Translations under genes and position numbers: made by a program | The notes under the pieces: generated by a model | What the model saw: the letters and a program-made list of their open reading frames with translations, nothing else | Database searches by the model: none | What the model was told of the DNA's origin: nothing | Assembly (NCBI GenBank): GCA_963676105.1 | Contig: OY781039.1 | Span: 1,290,001 to 1,322,000 of the forward strand | DNA length: 32,000 nt | Origin: Erysipelotrichaceae bacterium | GTDB taxonomy: Bacteria; Bacillota_I; Bacilli_A; Erysipelotrichales; Erysipelotrichaceae | Direction of reading: 5' to 3' | Part shown: positions 9,260 through 17,577 of the stretch, one piece after another | How positions within the stretch are numbered: position 1 is the stretch's first letter | Layout: each line of letters starts with the position of its first letter

Positions 9260-9604
9260 TTATCCTTTATAGGGTTGTTTATCAAAAGGAATTTCACCAA
9301 AACCTTCAATACTATTTCGATAGACATAGGTATAGGCTTGTTGACCACTTTTAAGATTAACAGTCATACGATTATAGAGTTGTCCTACTCCTTCAATAAT
9401 ATCGAGTTCTCTTAAAACCTGATGATTAATTTGATAGACTTCACCTTTAACTTTATTATTCTGTTTTGCGATTATTCCCGGGTAATAACCTAAGTCAAAC
9501 ATTTGAAAGCCTTCAAGTTCATCTAAACCTAAAAAATGTGAATCCTTTAAAACATGTTCACGGCTATTACCTTTTAGTAGTGTTCCATAAACAAATACTT
9601 TCAT
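9260..9604 (-). CDS. Gamma-glutamylcyclotransferase-like (AIG2/GGACT family) protein
   Basis: N-terminal VFVYGTLLKG (YGTL motif). 114-aa, the typical size. It lies 5 nt upstream of the GNAT gene. Confidence 0.7.
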   Translation of the reverse strand: MKVFVYGTLLKGNSREHVLKDSHFLGLDELEGFQMFDLGYYPGIIAKQNNKVKGEVYQINHQVLRELDIIEGVGQLYNRMTVNLKSGQQAYTYVYRNSIEGFGEIPFDKQPYKG

Positions 9605-9618
9605 ATATCCATTTTAAC

Positions 9619-9652
9619 AAAAAAAGAAGAAAGCAATTAAGCTTCCTTCTTC
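9619..9652 (-). terminator. Intrinsic terminator after the two-component operon
   Basis: The minus strand reads AAGAAGGAAGC-TTAATT-GCTTTCTTCTT followed by TTTTTTG. Confidence 0.65.
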
Positions 9653-9709
9653 AATATCTAACAATTGACTTTCATTCACTTTTCTATTGATTGATGCAAT
9701 TCATTACAG

Positions 9710-11143
9710 CTATATCTCATTCTCACATTCTTTTACTACAAATCTGAAGGTTGTTCCTTCATTGATTTTACTATCTACTTCAATTTCAATATCGTGTTTC
9801 TCTGCAATCTTTTGAACGATCAGTAATCCTAGACCATTTCCATCAGGATTGTTTTCAGTATCTTTCTTATATCTGACAAAGAGTTCTTTGACTTGATCTT
9901 CACTCATACCTTTTCCGGTATCAGATATCGCAATAACCACTTTATCTTTACGTTTTCCAAGTGAAATACTAATCACTGAGTTTTCATCAGAGAACTTTGT
10001 CGCATTGTGGATAATAGCCAACAACATTTGTTTTAGTCGTTGAGTATCACCATTACCAAAGATAAGCTTGTCATCTTGAGTTAAAAGAATTTTTTGGTTT
10101 TTCTTTTTGACTAACTCATGAGCACTACGAACGACATCCGCAATGAGTTCATGACATTCAAATTTTACTTTTTCTACTTTAAAATCAGGATCTTCTAGTT
10201 TTGATAGTTCAAGTAAATCATTAATAAGTCTTTGCATATCTTTACTCTCCTTAAGGATTTGAGGTATGACTTCTTCCTGCTTATACACTTGATCTTTTAA
10301 ACCTTCTGTTAAACCACGAATAACTGTGACTGGTGTTCTAAGTTCATGAGTAATATCTGAGATAAAATTTTGACGCATTTTTTCTAAGTTATTACGCGCA
10401 TCACGTGCTGACTGTAGTTCATTGGATAGATTAACTAAATTGCACTGTAGAACACCCACTTCATCCTTACGTTTATTTTGTGCTTTTAAATTATAATTCC
10501 CTTCAGCTAATTCTCGAATAGAGTTCGTTGCTTCCTCTAGTGGTTTTGTAAAGATAGAAGCTAAAACTAATCCTAAGATAACCGCAAAGAGTAATCCAAT
10601 ACCTAAGGCTGTTAATAAGATATTAAAGCCAGTATCAGCGAGTGCAGAGATCGATTGTGTTGTCGCAGAAACAAACAAACCCCCTACTATATTATTCGCA
10701 ATCATCACAGGAGTTCCTACGGTAATCGCATCAGAATTGAAAAATCCACTGACTTCTTCAGTGGTGACTTGTTCTCCCGCAAAGACTTCATAAAGTACAG
10801 ATTGTGTTTGTTCAGATAATCGTGAAGCTGATCTCATCATTCCCATTCCGGTTAAATTATGAGTCGTTAAGTAATCAATATTTCCATAAGTATCAATATA
10901 AAAGATACGTACATCTTCAATATTAATGCGCGCTAAACTATTATCTAATACATTACTATCTATACTTACACCATAACTTAAATCCAGTTGTTCAACTAAG
11001 AAGTTAGATTCATTCACTAACTTTTCTGTTACGGCAGATTCATTTTGACTTTGATAAGTAAAAAGGAAAACCACGCCAATGATAATCGCAAAGAAAACCA
11101 TGGCTGATGTGAAGTATAAAACAAACTTCGTTCTTATTTTCAC
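9710..11143 (-). CDS. Sensor histidine kinase (two TM segments, extracytoplasmic domain, HAMP, HisKA, HATPase_c)
   Basis: H-box SDITHELRTPVT, N-box IIHNATKF, G-boxes DTGKGM and GLGLLIVQKIAEKH. The GTG start overlaps the regulator stop (GTGA). Confidence 0.85.
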   Translation of the reverse strand: MKIRTKFVLYFTSAMVFFAIIIGVVFLFTYQSQNESAVTEKLVNESNFLVEQLDLSYGVSIDSNVLDNSLARINIEDVRIFYIDTYGNIDYLTTHNLTGMGMMRSASRLSEQTQSVLYEVFAGEQVTTEEVSGFFNSDAITVGTPVMIANNIVGGLFVSATTQSISALADTGFNILLTALGIGLLFAVILGLVLASIFTKPLEEATNSIRELAEGNYNLKAQNKRKDEVGVLQCNLVNLSNELQSARDARNNLEKMRQNFISDITHELRTPVTVIRGLTEGLKDQVYKQEEVIPQILKESKDMQRLINDLLELSKLEDPDFKVEKVKFECHELIADVVRSAHELVKKKNQKILLTQDDKLIFGNGDTQRLKQMLLAIIHNATKFSDENSVISISLGKRKDKVVIAISDTGKGMSEDQVKELFVRYKKDTENNPDGNGLGLLIVQKIAEKHDIEIEVDSKINEGTTFRFVVKECENEI

Positions 11144-11817
11144 TCTAATACCTCAAATTTATAACCGACACCCCAAACTGTTTTTACTTCCCATTTTGGA
11201 TGTTCAAATTTATCTAGCTTAGCTCTAAGTCTGGTCATATGGGCATCTACTGTACGACTGTCCCCATAATAGGAATAACCCCAAACTTGATCTAATAAAT
11301 TATCTCTTGAGAATGCTTGTTTATGATTAGCCGCTAAAGTATATAACAGTTCTATTTCTTTTTTAGTTAAGTGTAAGTCTTCATTATCAATACTTGCCTT
11401 AAATGCATTTAAATCAACATGTAGATTATCGATAGCAATCGTATGTGGATTACTTTGAATATCCATACGTCTTAAAACGGCTTTTACACGCGCCATCACT
11501 TCGGCTGGTGAGAAAGGTTTAACAATATAATCATCTGCCCCGATATCTAAACCCATGATACGTTCATAGTCTTCACCACGAGCCGTAACCATGATAATTG
11601 GTGTTGTGGAATGTTTACGTATTTCCTTACATACACTAAAGCCATCTAACTCTGGCATCATGACATCTAGTAGAACTAGATCAATATCAGGTTTAAATAG
11701 ATCTAAGGCCATGGTTCCTGTTGTCGCAAGAACAGTTTCATAACCTTCCTTCTCTGCATAATCCTTAAGAATACTTGTGATTTGAACATTATCGTCCGCA
11801 ATTAATAGTTTTGGCAT
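11140..11817 (-). CDS. OmpR-family response regulator
   Basis: Receiver domain (LLDVMMPELDG, KPF) plus a winged-helix output domain (TVDAHMTRLRAKL, VWGVGYKF). Confidence 0.9.
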   Translation of the reverse strand: MPKLLIADDNVQITSILKDYAEKEGYETVLATTGTMALDLFKPDIDLVLLDVMMPELDGFSVCKEIRKHSTTPIIMVTARGEDYERIMGLDIGADDYIVKPFSPAEVMARVKAVLRRMDIQSNPHTIAIDNLHVDLNAFKASIDNEDLHLTKKEIELLYTLAANHKQAFSRDNLLDQVWGYSYYGDSRTVDAHMTRLRAKLDKFEHPKWEVKTVWGVGYKFEVLE

Positions 11818-11820
11818 AAT

Positions 11821-11858
11821 AAAAGACTCCTTACATATCTATATTATAGGAGTCTTTT
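11821..11858 (-). terminator. Hairpin (11-bp stem) between the XRE gene and the response-regulator gene; it contains TATAAT in the loop and the regulator RBS in its 3' arm
   Basis: The minus strand reads AAAAGACTCCT-ATAATATAGATATGTA-AGGAGTCTTTT, then ATTATG (the regulator start). Confidence 0.5.
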
Positions 11859-11878
11859 GTGACAAATGTATAACAGAC

Positions 11879-12094
11879 CTAATTTTCAACACTAAATACT
11901 TCAGTAATACTCACATCAAATGCTTGAGCTATTTTGAAAGCTAATTCAAGTGATGGTGTATATTTACTCGCTTCAATCGCCATAATTGTTTGACGTGATG
12001 CGCCGACTTTATCCGCCAATTCTTGTTGAGTCATTTCATTCGCAAAGAATCTTAGCGTTCGTATATTATTGCTTATGCTTAGTTTTTCTTTCAT
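11879..12094 (-). CDS. Small XRE-family HTH transcriptional regulator
   Basis: 71-aa. HTH MTQQELADKVGASRQTIMAIE. Confidence 0.8.
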   Translation of the reverse strand: MKEKLSISNNIRTLRFFANEMTQQELADKVGASRQTIMAIEASKYTPSLELAFKIAQAFDVSITEVFSVEN

Positions 12095-12096
12095 GA

Positions 12097-12570
12097 TTAA
12101 TAGCCTTTACGATAGAGATATAATACTACAGCTTCCTCGACCATTGAGCCAATACCATAAGTTATATAAATTAGCGCTAACATTTGACTTGCGCTAATGA
12201 TTTCAAAAGCGACTAAAACAATCGCAAGTAATAAACCAGCACCAGCCACTGCATAACCTATCTTTGTACCCTTTAGATCCATTAAACGATCTCTTTCATC
12301 TTCAACAAATTCAGCATTAACTCTTTGTGTAATGACTTCTTCACCTGCTTCACGATTCTTTACTGCAATTCCTACAGATAATCCAACATGGAAAACGATT
12401 TGAATAATAACAGTTAATCCCACCATATAGGCAATGTACTTAAGAATCATCATCGCTGTAGAGCTTAAATCGATACTTGAACACTGTGGTCCTATTTCTA
12501 GCGCAAAGAGGATAAGAATCCCTAGTTGACTTAAGATATTAACCAATCTTTTCTTTTCTTGGTATGACAT
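12097..12570 (-). CDS. Small four-TM membrane protein co-operonic with the XRE regulator
   Basis: 157-aa with four hydrophobic helices. Its stop is 2 nt before the XRE start. This is a common membrane-protein/HTH pair of unknown function. Confidence 0.6.
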   Translation of the reverse strand: MSYQEKKRLVNILSQLGILILFALEIGPQCSSIDLSSTAMMILKYIAYMVGLTVIIQIVFHVGLSVGIAVKNREAGEEVITQRVNAEFVEDERDRLMDLKGTKIGYAVAGAGLLLAIVLVAFEIISASQMLALIYITYGIGSMVEEAVVLYLYRKGY

Positions 12571-12604
12571 ATGTGTACTCCTTTAAACACTTTGTTTGTG
12601 TTTG

Positions 12605-12619
12605 TATACATAATGTATA
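12605..12619. promoter_or_regulatory. Palindrome TATACAT-A-ATGTATA in the promoter region of the membrane-protein/XRE operon
   Basis: Perfect 7-1-7 inverted repeat, 35-50 nt upstream of the start at 12570. Candidate autoregulatory operator. Confidence 0.35.
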
Positions 12620-12667
12620 ATATTTTTTACATTAAGGCAAGTGTTTTACACTTATTCTATTAAAATA

Positions 12668-12693
12668 TTTAAAAATCCAGAAAAACTGGATTT
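12668..12693 (-). terminator. Intrinsic terminator after the AlbA_2-domain gene
   Basis: The minus strand reads AAATCCAG-TTTTT-CTGGATTT followed by TTAAATATTTT. It lies immediately after the stop at 12697. Confidence 0.6.
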
Positions 12694-12696
12694 AAA

Positions 12697-14049
12697 TTAC
12701 TTCTTTTTAATTCGATAAGCTGATGTCGTCGTATGACCTATATTCTCGATTAAACCCTTATCAACTAAAGCTTTTAGTATATTACGCACTCTTCGATCTT
12801 TTACCTTTAAGACTTGAGATAAATCAGATGTACGTAAACTCTCATTAGCGCTCAGATATTTCATGACAGTTTCTTCTTGTACACTTAAATCTTCAGCATC
12901 AATTTCAATTGGATATGTTTCTTCAGTACGATAAATTTTTAAATCGACAAATTTACCTTTTTCTTCGATACTTGGACGTGTTAAACCTTTGTTTTTACAA
13001 GCACTAAGAATACGAGGCAAGCCGCTACCCCATGTTTCTATATAGTTTAATTCCTTAAGAACTCTTGCGATAACAGGATTACGTATTTCTGAACGACCTG
13101 ATGACATATCAATTGGAAATGTATCTACTAAAAACTCACCTGGAGAAACAATGTTTAACATATCATCAAACAATGCAACCTTAATATCACTTCCTCTTCG
13201 ACTGTAATCACGATGAACTATTGCGTTTAAAATGCTTTCTTTCAAAACCTCTATCGGAATTTCAAGTGTATCAATTCTTTGCATTCCACTAAAAGTTGAT
13301 GACAATTTAAGATAGTTTATGATAAAACTTTCTGTCGCATTGATTTGAGAAAACAAATCACCTTTATATTCTTTACGATCTACAAAAACTGACATATCAT
13401 TCCCTTTGAAAACAGCGCATTTCATAGTAACGTTTTCTAAAATTCCTAATAATATCAATAATCCATTAGTAGGAAATAATTGATTATTTTCTTCAGTGAT
13501 TAATTTTAGATTTATTAAATCTGATTGTTTTAAGTCCTTTCCAATTTCTTTGAATTTTAAATAGAGTGGACTTAAATCAAGATCTTCAAGAACATAATCT
13601 TTTCTTACAAGCTCATCAAAAGAAATGTGTCTTTTCTTTCTTTCTAAGTTTTGTATAGCTTCTACTCCTACTTTTCTATTACTTGAACCGATACGCATAT
13701 AAGTCCCATCTTCTTTTCCTTCAGTTTTACTGTAGTATGGATAATCCGGTCCATTCTTTACATCGACCACTAAAAGCAGTTTATTCTTAATGTTATATGT
13801 ATATAAGTCTGGAAATATATTTGGTGAACAATGATCAGCAATATGCGAAATGATACTCTCTTTTAATTCAAAAATATTTATACTATCGTCAATACCGATA
13901 ATCTTTCTATCGTTATTAACACCAATATATATTTTGCCTCCAGCCGTATTTGAAAAAGCAATAACTGTTTTATATAAGTCTTTAGTGAATTGTTCCTTAA
14001 ATTCAACAACTTTATTTTCACCAATTTCAAGTATCTGTTTTATTTCCAT
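12697..14049 (-). CDS. AlbA_2 (Schlafen-like) domain / HATPase_c_4 / C-terminal winged-helix protein (often mis-annotated as RecG-like or as a transcriptional regulator)
   Basis: N-terminal VVEFKEQF...AFSNTAGGKIYIGV (AlbA_2 signature), central ILNAIVHRDY (HATPase_c_4-like), C-terminal wHTH (RRVRNILKALVDKGLI). ATG at 14049 has GAAGGAG 6 nt upstream. The ORF-track start at 14076 is less likely. Confidence 0.65.
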   Translation of the reverse strand: MEIKQILEIGENKVVEFKEQFTKDLYKTVIAFSNTAGGKIYIGVNNDRKIIGIDDSINIFELKESIISHIADHCSPNIFPDLYTYNIKNKLLLVVDVKNGPDYPYYSKTEGKEDGTYMRIGSSNRKVGVEAIQNLERKKRHISFDELVRKDYVLEDLDLSPLYLKFKEIGKDLKQSDLINLKLITEENNQLFPTNGLLILLGILENVTMKCAVFKGNDMSVFVDRKEYKGDLFSQINATESFIINYLKLSSTFSGMQRIDTLEIPIEVLKESILNAIVHRDYSRRGSDIKVALFDDMLNIVSPGEFLVDTFPIDMSSGRSEIRNPVIARVLKELNYIETWGSGLPRILSACKNKGLTRPSIEEKGKFVDLKIYRTEETYPIEIDAEDLSVQEETVMKYLSANESLRTSDLSQVLKVKDRRVRNILKALVDKGLIENIGHTTTSAYRIKKK

Positions 14050-14060
14050 AACAACTCCTT

Positions 14061-14128
14061 CGGCACTCTTTGGCATTCTTAGGTATTCTTCGGTATTATT
14101 ATATACCTAGACTAATTTTTATAATACC
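14061..14128. repeat. Phased array of GGYAY/ATACC pentamers (four tandem 10-bp units, then two inverted copies) in the leader/promoter of the AlbA_2 gene
   Basis: Tandem decamers cggcactctt / tggcattctt / aggtattctt / cggtattatt (14061-14100), followed by ATACC at 14103 and 14124. Confidence 0.5.
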
Positions 14129-14168
14129 TATTACTCTTATTTATATTCGTGAAAACTATTTTCTCCTA

Positions 14169-14191
14169 TAAAAAAACTCCATTAGGAGTTT
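14169..14191 (-). terminator. Intrinsic terminator after the HigA-2-like gene (copy 1 of an identical 23-mer)
   Basis: The minus strand reads AAACTCC-TAAT-GGAGTTT followed by TTTTA. The plus-strand 23-mer TAAAAAAACTCCATTAGGAGTTT is identical to 15054-15076. Confidence 0.7.
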
Positions 14192-14517
14192 TAACCAATG
14201 ACTTCATGATGACTTTTTTGTTTCTTTGCTTTTTTTTCATTGTTAGGATCAATTTCTTCAAATGAATAAATCAAATTAATAATTTCAGGTTGCTTATTGA
14301 GTATATAAACAAGTTTTGCGGCCGTCCCTTTTATAGGATTATCTCCAGACTCCCACTTCTCAACTGTTTTAACACTTATCCCAAAGATACGAGCTAGTGA
14401 ACTTTGTGATACATTCAAACGTTCTCTTAGCTTTTTAACCTCGATTGGTTGAACACTATCTTCTACCGTTCTAAAAGAATAATAGGGCATTTTAAGTATA
14501 TCTTTTTTAATATTCAT
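14191..14517 (-). CDS. HTH antitoxin, HigA-2 / COG2944-like
   Basis: VKKLRERLNVSQSSLARIFGISVKTVEKWESGDNPIKGTAAKLVYIL parallels the Vibrio HigA-2 pattern (LSQSQFA...SKRTLENWEQGRR.PTGPA..LL). Its start overlaps the toxin stop by 11 nt. Confidence 0.7.
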   Translation of the reverse strand: MNIKKDILKMPYYSFRTVEDSVQPIEVKKLRERLNVSQSSLARIFGISVKTVEKWESGDNPIKGTAAKLVYILNKQPEIINLIYSFEEIDPNNEKKAKKQKSHHEVIG

Positions 14518-14950
14518 TTTTTCCTCCTTTAAAATCTAAATCAACTAGAATCTTTTTAAGAAGATTCTCTTCCAATTGTGTTAAATCACTTTTTTTATTT
14601 TTTGAGTACATATGAAATGGTAGTATGTATATTTTATTCCCTACATTCACAATAATAATTAATGCGATTACACGCAAACCATCTCTTTTAGATTGATTTC
14701 TATATGAAACATATAGTTTCTTAACGATTAGAGTATTATCGTCATTAGCCTGTAAACAACCTTTTGGATTTGTGAAATAATTAGGTTTTGATAAATCGTT
14801 CAGTACTTTTTGATATTCTTTTATACTAATATTGAATTTCTTCAGATCACGTTTTATATCAAAACCATGAATTTTAAAATAATCATAATATCTTTTAACA
14901 TTTGAACTTTCAGATAATATATCTACTACTTCTATTCGATTTATCAACAA
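14507..14950 (-). CDS. RelE-superfamily toxin, HigB-2 / COG4737-like, with a ~50-60-aa N-terminal extension
   Basis: The C-terminal half SKRDGLRVIALIII...KIYILPFHMYSKNKKSDLTQLEENLLKKIL matches the HigB-2 pattern GKRGGSRIIYY...FYLLTIYGKNEMSDL...Q...L. The only usable start is TTG at 14950. Confidence 0.55.
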   Translation of the reverse strand: MLINRIEVVDILSESSNVKRYYDYFKIHGFDIKRDLKKFNISIKEYQKVLNDLSKPNYFTNPKGCLQANDDNTLIVKKLYVSYRNQSKRDGLRVIALIIIVNVGNKIYILPFHMYSKNKKSDLTQLEENLLKKILVDLDFKGGKNEY

Positions 14951-14959
14951 ATTACCATC

Positions 14960-14976
14960 ACCCTATTTAATAGGGT
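14960..14976. promoter_or_regulatory. Palindrome ACCCTATT-T-AATAGGGT just upstream of the HigB-2-like gene (candidate TA operator)
   Basis: Perfect 17-bp palindrome, 10-26 nt upstream of the TTG start. Confidence 0.45.
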
Positions 14977-15053
14977 ATTTACATATTAATATAACTAAGT
15001 GAAATATGCAAATCTTTCTCACTTATTACTATGCTAAAAACTCATTTATTCCT

Positions 15054-15076
15054 TAAAAAAACTCCATTAGGAGTTT
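15054..15076 (-). terminator. Intrinsic terminator after the HAD hydrolase gene (copy 2 of the identical 23-mer)
   Basis: Same 23-mer TAAAAAAACTCCATTAGGAGTTT as 14169-14191. It lies directly after the HAD stop codon at 15079-15081. Confidence 0.7.
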
Positions 15077-15078
15077 AA

Positions 15079-15852
15079 TTATATCCATCCAAATTTTTTA
15101 CAAGCCTTATAAATTCCATCATCGATATTTCTTTGAGTCACATAATCTGCTTTAGCCTTTAACTCATCAACTGCATTACCCATCGCTATTGATGTCCAAC
15201 GTTTATCAAACATCACTAGATCATTGGTGTCATCACCAAAGACAACCACATCTTTTAAGTCCCCATTTAGATGTTCTATCATACTTTCAATACCACGATG
15301 TTTTTCATCATATTGAAAGATAAGATATGGTTTAACAAATCTTAAGTGACCTACTGTGTCTAATAGACTTAATTTATGTTCATCTTCAAGCGATACACTT
15401 AAATAAACTTTGTAAATCGCATCGAGCTTTTCATAGTCCAAATCTGGGTCAATAATTAATTCTGTAGGTTCTTGTCTTTCTCCTGCTTGTTGATTAAATA
15501 AGTCATTTTTCGCATAGACTTTTATTGAATCATCAAGCAAAACCATTACTCCGATATTTAAGCTTTCTGCTTCTCTTATTAATGCTTTAGCTTTCTCTAA
15601 ATCTAGTGGAATATTTTCAACAAGTTCATTATTAATAACTAATCCTCCACCACCACTACAAACCATGTTGTGAAGACCTAGTTCATCGAGTACCCAACGT
15701 GCTTTGTAATGTGCACGTCCAGTAGCGATGGCGACAAAGTGTCCATTTGCCTCTAAATCCTTTAATGTTTGTATGGCAGAGGGAACCACTTGATGTGTCT
15801 TAGTATCTGTTAGTGTTCCATCAATATCAAAGAAGAAGTATTTTTTATCCAT
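15079..15852 (-). CDS. Cof-type HAD-IIB family hydrolase (sugar-phosphatase-like)
   Basis: Motif I FFFDIDGTL, motif II ATGR, motif IV FGDDTNDLVMF. 257-aa. Confidence 0.85.
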   Translation of the reverse strand: MDKKYFFFDIDGTLTDTKTHQVVPSAIQTLKDLEANGHFVAIATGRAHYKARWVLDELGLHNMVCSGGGGLVINNELVENIPLDLEKAKALIREAESLNIGVMVLLDDSIKVYAKNDLFNQQAGERQEPTELIIDPDLDYEKLDAIYKVYLSVSLEDEHKLSLLDTVGHLRFVKPYLIFQYDEKHRGIESMIEHLNGDLKDVVVFGDDTNDLVMFDKRWTSIAMGNAVDELKAKADYVTQRNIDDGIYKACKKFGWI

Positions 15853-16065
15853 AATCTTGTCCTTTTACAACATAAATTCTAGCATCATTCATATGAAACA
15901 TTTTTCCAATATATTTTTGAAATCATATTTCAAAGAAAATTTAAAAATAACATGTAAATTTACTAAGACTATATATAATTCCTATAACTTGATACGCAAC
16001 AATCAAGTTATAAGTGTATAAGGAAAACCATCCATTTCTCCTTGGACATATTTAACACACTAACG

Positions 16066-16104
16066 AAAAGAGATAGATCCCTTCAGCAAGGCTCTATCTC
16101 TTTT
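16066..16104 (-). terminator. Hairpin terminator after AAA+/DUF4143 gene 2 (repeat copy A)
   Basis: 12-bp perfect stem AAAAGAGATAGA / TCTATCTCTTTT. Part of a 48-nt segment (16060-16107) repeated at 17669-17715. Confidence 0.6.
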
Positions 16105-16121
16105 CATATATATGATTAGTC

Positions 16122-17564
16122 TTAATTGTTCTTGATAAGCATTTTTTCAGCATGACCTAATAGATAAAGGAAGGCAAAGGCTGGAATTCTAATTAAGTCT
16201 TTCCCATTCTTATTATGATGGGCACCATAATCTTCTTTATTCTTAGTCACAACAAAAGAAGTTTCTGCATCATTACTTAGCAGTGATATGGCATCATCAT
16301 CAGAGATGCTTGCATGTTCTCGATATTTAACTTCAATAAGAACATTTTTAGAATTTGGGTTTTCTACGACTATATCAACTTCCTTTTGAGTTCTGTCACC
16401 TCTAAAATAACCTACTGAAGTTGATTTTTGATAATAGTATGAGACAACATGCTTATACACAGTTGTTTCAATTAATTTCCCCATTTCTATTGGGTTTGTA
16501 TATAGTGAGTCATCCATTAAAACTGCACTTAATATTGCTGGATCAGCAATGTAGATTTTTGGACTAGCTTTAAGTACTTTTTTACCACTAAGTTCGATTG
16601 GCCAACTTTGATAAATTAAATTAGCACTTTCTAAGTATTTAATATAGTTTTCAACCGTTGGTCTAGTGACACCTTGTAACTCTTTTGAAATAAGATCAAT
16701 GGATACAACCGATGAAGATACAGTACAAAGATATAAGAATATGCGTTCTAATTCAGTACTATTTCTAATGGGATATATGGATGGTAAATCACGTTTAATT
16801 ACTTTATCAACGACATCTTCTCTTAAAATTTGTTGCGTATATAAATTATTATCCGACATAACAAGTTCTGGAAAACCACCGACTTGTAAATATCGTACTA
16901 AATGGTTTTGTAGATTTGATAATTTGTTTACTATTAATGTTAATTCTTGATGTGACTTCTTAGACCATAATGAAATATTCTCGTTAAACTCTAATTGTGG
17001 TTTTTCAAGTCCTATAAACTCACAATATTCATAGAATGAAAGTGTTGGAACTTGTAAAACTGTCCATCGTCCACTTCCACTTTCTTGACTTCCTTTTATT
17101 AAGATTGGACTTGCAGACCCTGTCGCAACCACATGTGTTTCAACTCTTGTGTCATAAATTGTTTTTAACCACAGATCCCTATCTTTTGCATATTGTATTT
17201 CATCAAAGAATATATATATATCGTCATTAGGGTAAATATTCTCTTTGTAGCAATCTAAAATATCTCCAATTGTGCTCAGTTTAAGCATTGGATGATCCAT
17301 CGAGATATAGATTATCTTTTTAGCATCCACTTCCTTTAGAAGCATATCAATCATTTGAAATAGTATTGTAGTTTTCCCAACTCTACGTGTTCCAGATAAA
17401 ACAACAGCTCTTCTAATCGATTTGTTTTGCATTCGCTTAACTGCTTCATAATAAGCAAAACGCTTATAAGATTTTAAAAACATTGGATTCACTTCTTTTG
17501 TGTTCCACCATTGATTATATGAAAGCAGAACTTTTAAAAGAGACTCATTATTAATAATCGACAT
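16122..17564 (-). CDS. AAA+ ATPase with C-terminal DUF4143 / PD-(D/E)xK-like domain (COG1373-type)
   Basis: Walker A GTRRVGKTT, Walker B IFFDEIQ. The C-terminal segment KEVDIVVE...VLIEVKY fits a D...ExK nuclease-fold motif. SD GAGGT lies 5 nt upstream of the ATG. Confidence 0.75.
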   Translation of the reverse strand: MSIINNESLLKVLLSYNQWWNTKEVNPMFLKSYKRFAYYEAVKRMQNKSIRRAVVLSGTRRVGKTTILFQMIDMLLKEVDAKKIIYISMDHPMLKLSTIGDILDCYKENIYPNDDIYIFFDEIQYAKDRDLWLKTIYDTRVETHVVATGSASPILIKGSQESGSGRWTVLQVPTLSFYEYCEFIGLEKPQLEFNENISLWSKKSHQELTLIVNKLSNLQNHLVRYLQVGGFPELVMSDNNLYTQQILREDVVDKVIKRDLPSIYPIRNSTELERIFLYLCTVSSSVVSIDLISKELQGVTRPTVENYIKYLESANLIYQSWPIELSGKKVLKASPKIYIADPAILSAVLMDDSLYTNPIEMGKLIETTVYKHVVSYYYQKSTSVGYFRGDRTQKEVDIVVENPNSKNVLIEVKYREHASISDDDAISLLSNDAETSFVVTKNKEDYGAHHNKNGKDLIRIPAFAFLYLLGHAEKMLIKNN

Positions 17565-17577
17565 ACTTTACCTCATG

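Noticed and set aside
9466-9690. 74-aa plus-strand ORF overlapping the GGCT-like gene and the terminator
   Set aside because: It is an antisense shadow ORF that runs through an intrinsic terminator.
12566-12578. TGACATATGTG resembling the ACATATGT operator core of the DUF5320/ACR3 promoters
   Set aside because: It is only a half-dyad, lacks the TTAT/ATAA flanks, and overlaps the start codon of an unrelated gene (its CATATG includes the ATG). It is probably chance in AT-rich DNA.
13850-14110. 86-aa plus-strand ORF over the 5' end of the AlbA_2 gene
   Set aside because: It is antisense to the best-conserved part of the AlbA_2 domain and has a Ser/Ile/Leu-rich composition.
15983-16050. Leader-peptide attenuator upstream of the HAD gene (7-codon ORF MVFLIHL* with AAGGAG 6 nt upstream, its stop inside an 11-bp-stem hairpin TATAACTTGAT-N8-ATCAAGTTATA)
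   Set aside because: The hairpin is not followed by a U-run. It does not sequester the HAD RBS, which lies ~130 nt further on. I therefore see no mechanism. The hairpin itself is real and may be an operator or a leftover of the cassette junction.
16666-17230. Two plus-strand ORFs (94 and 64 aa) inside AAA+/DUF4143 gene 2
   Set aside because: They are antisense shadow ORFs with no RBS and no recognisable motifs.
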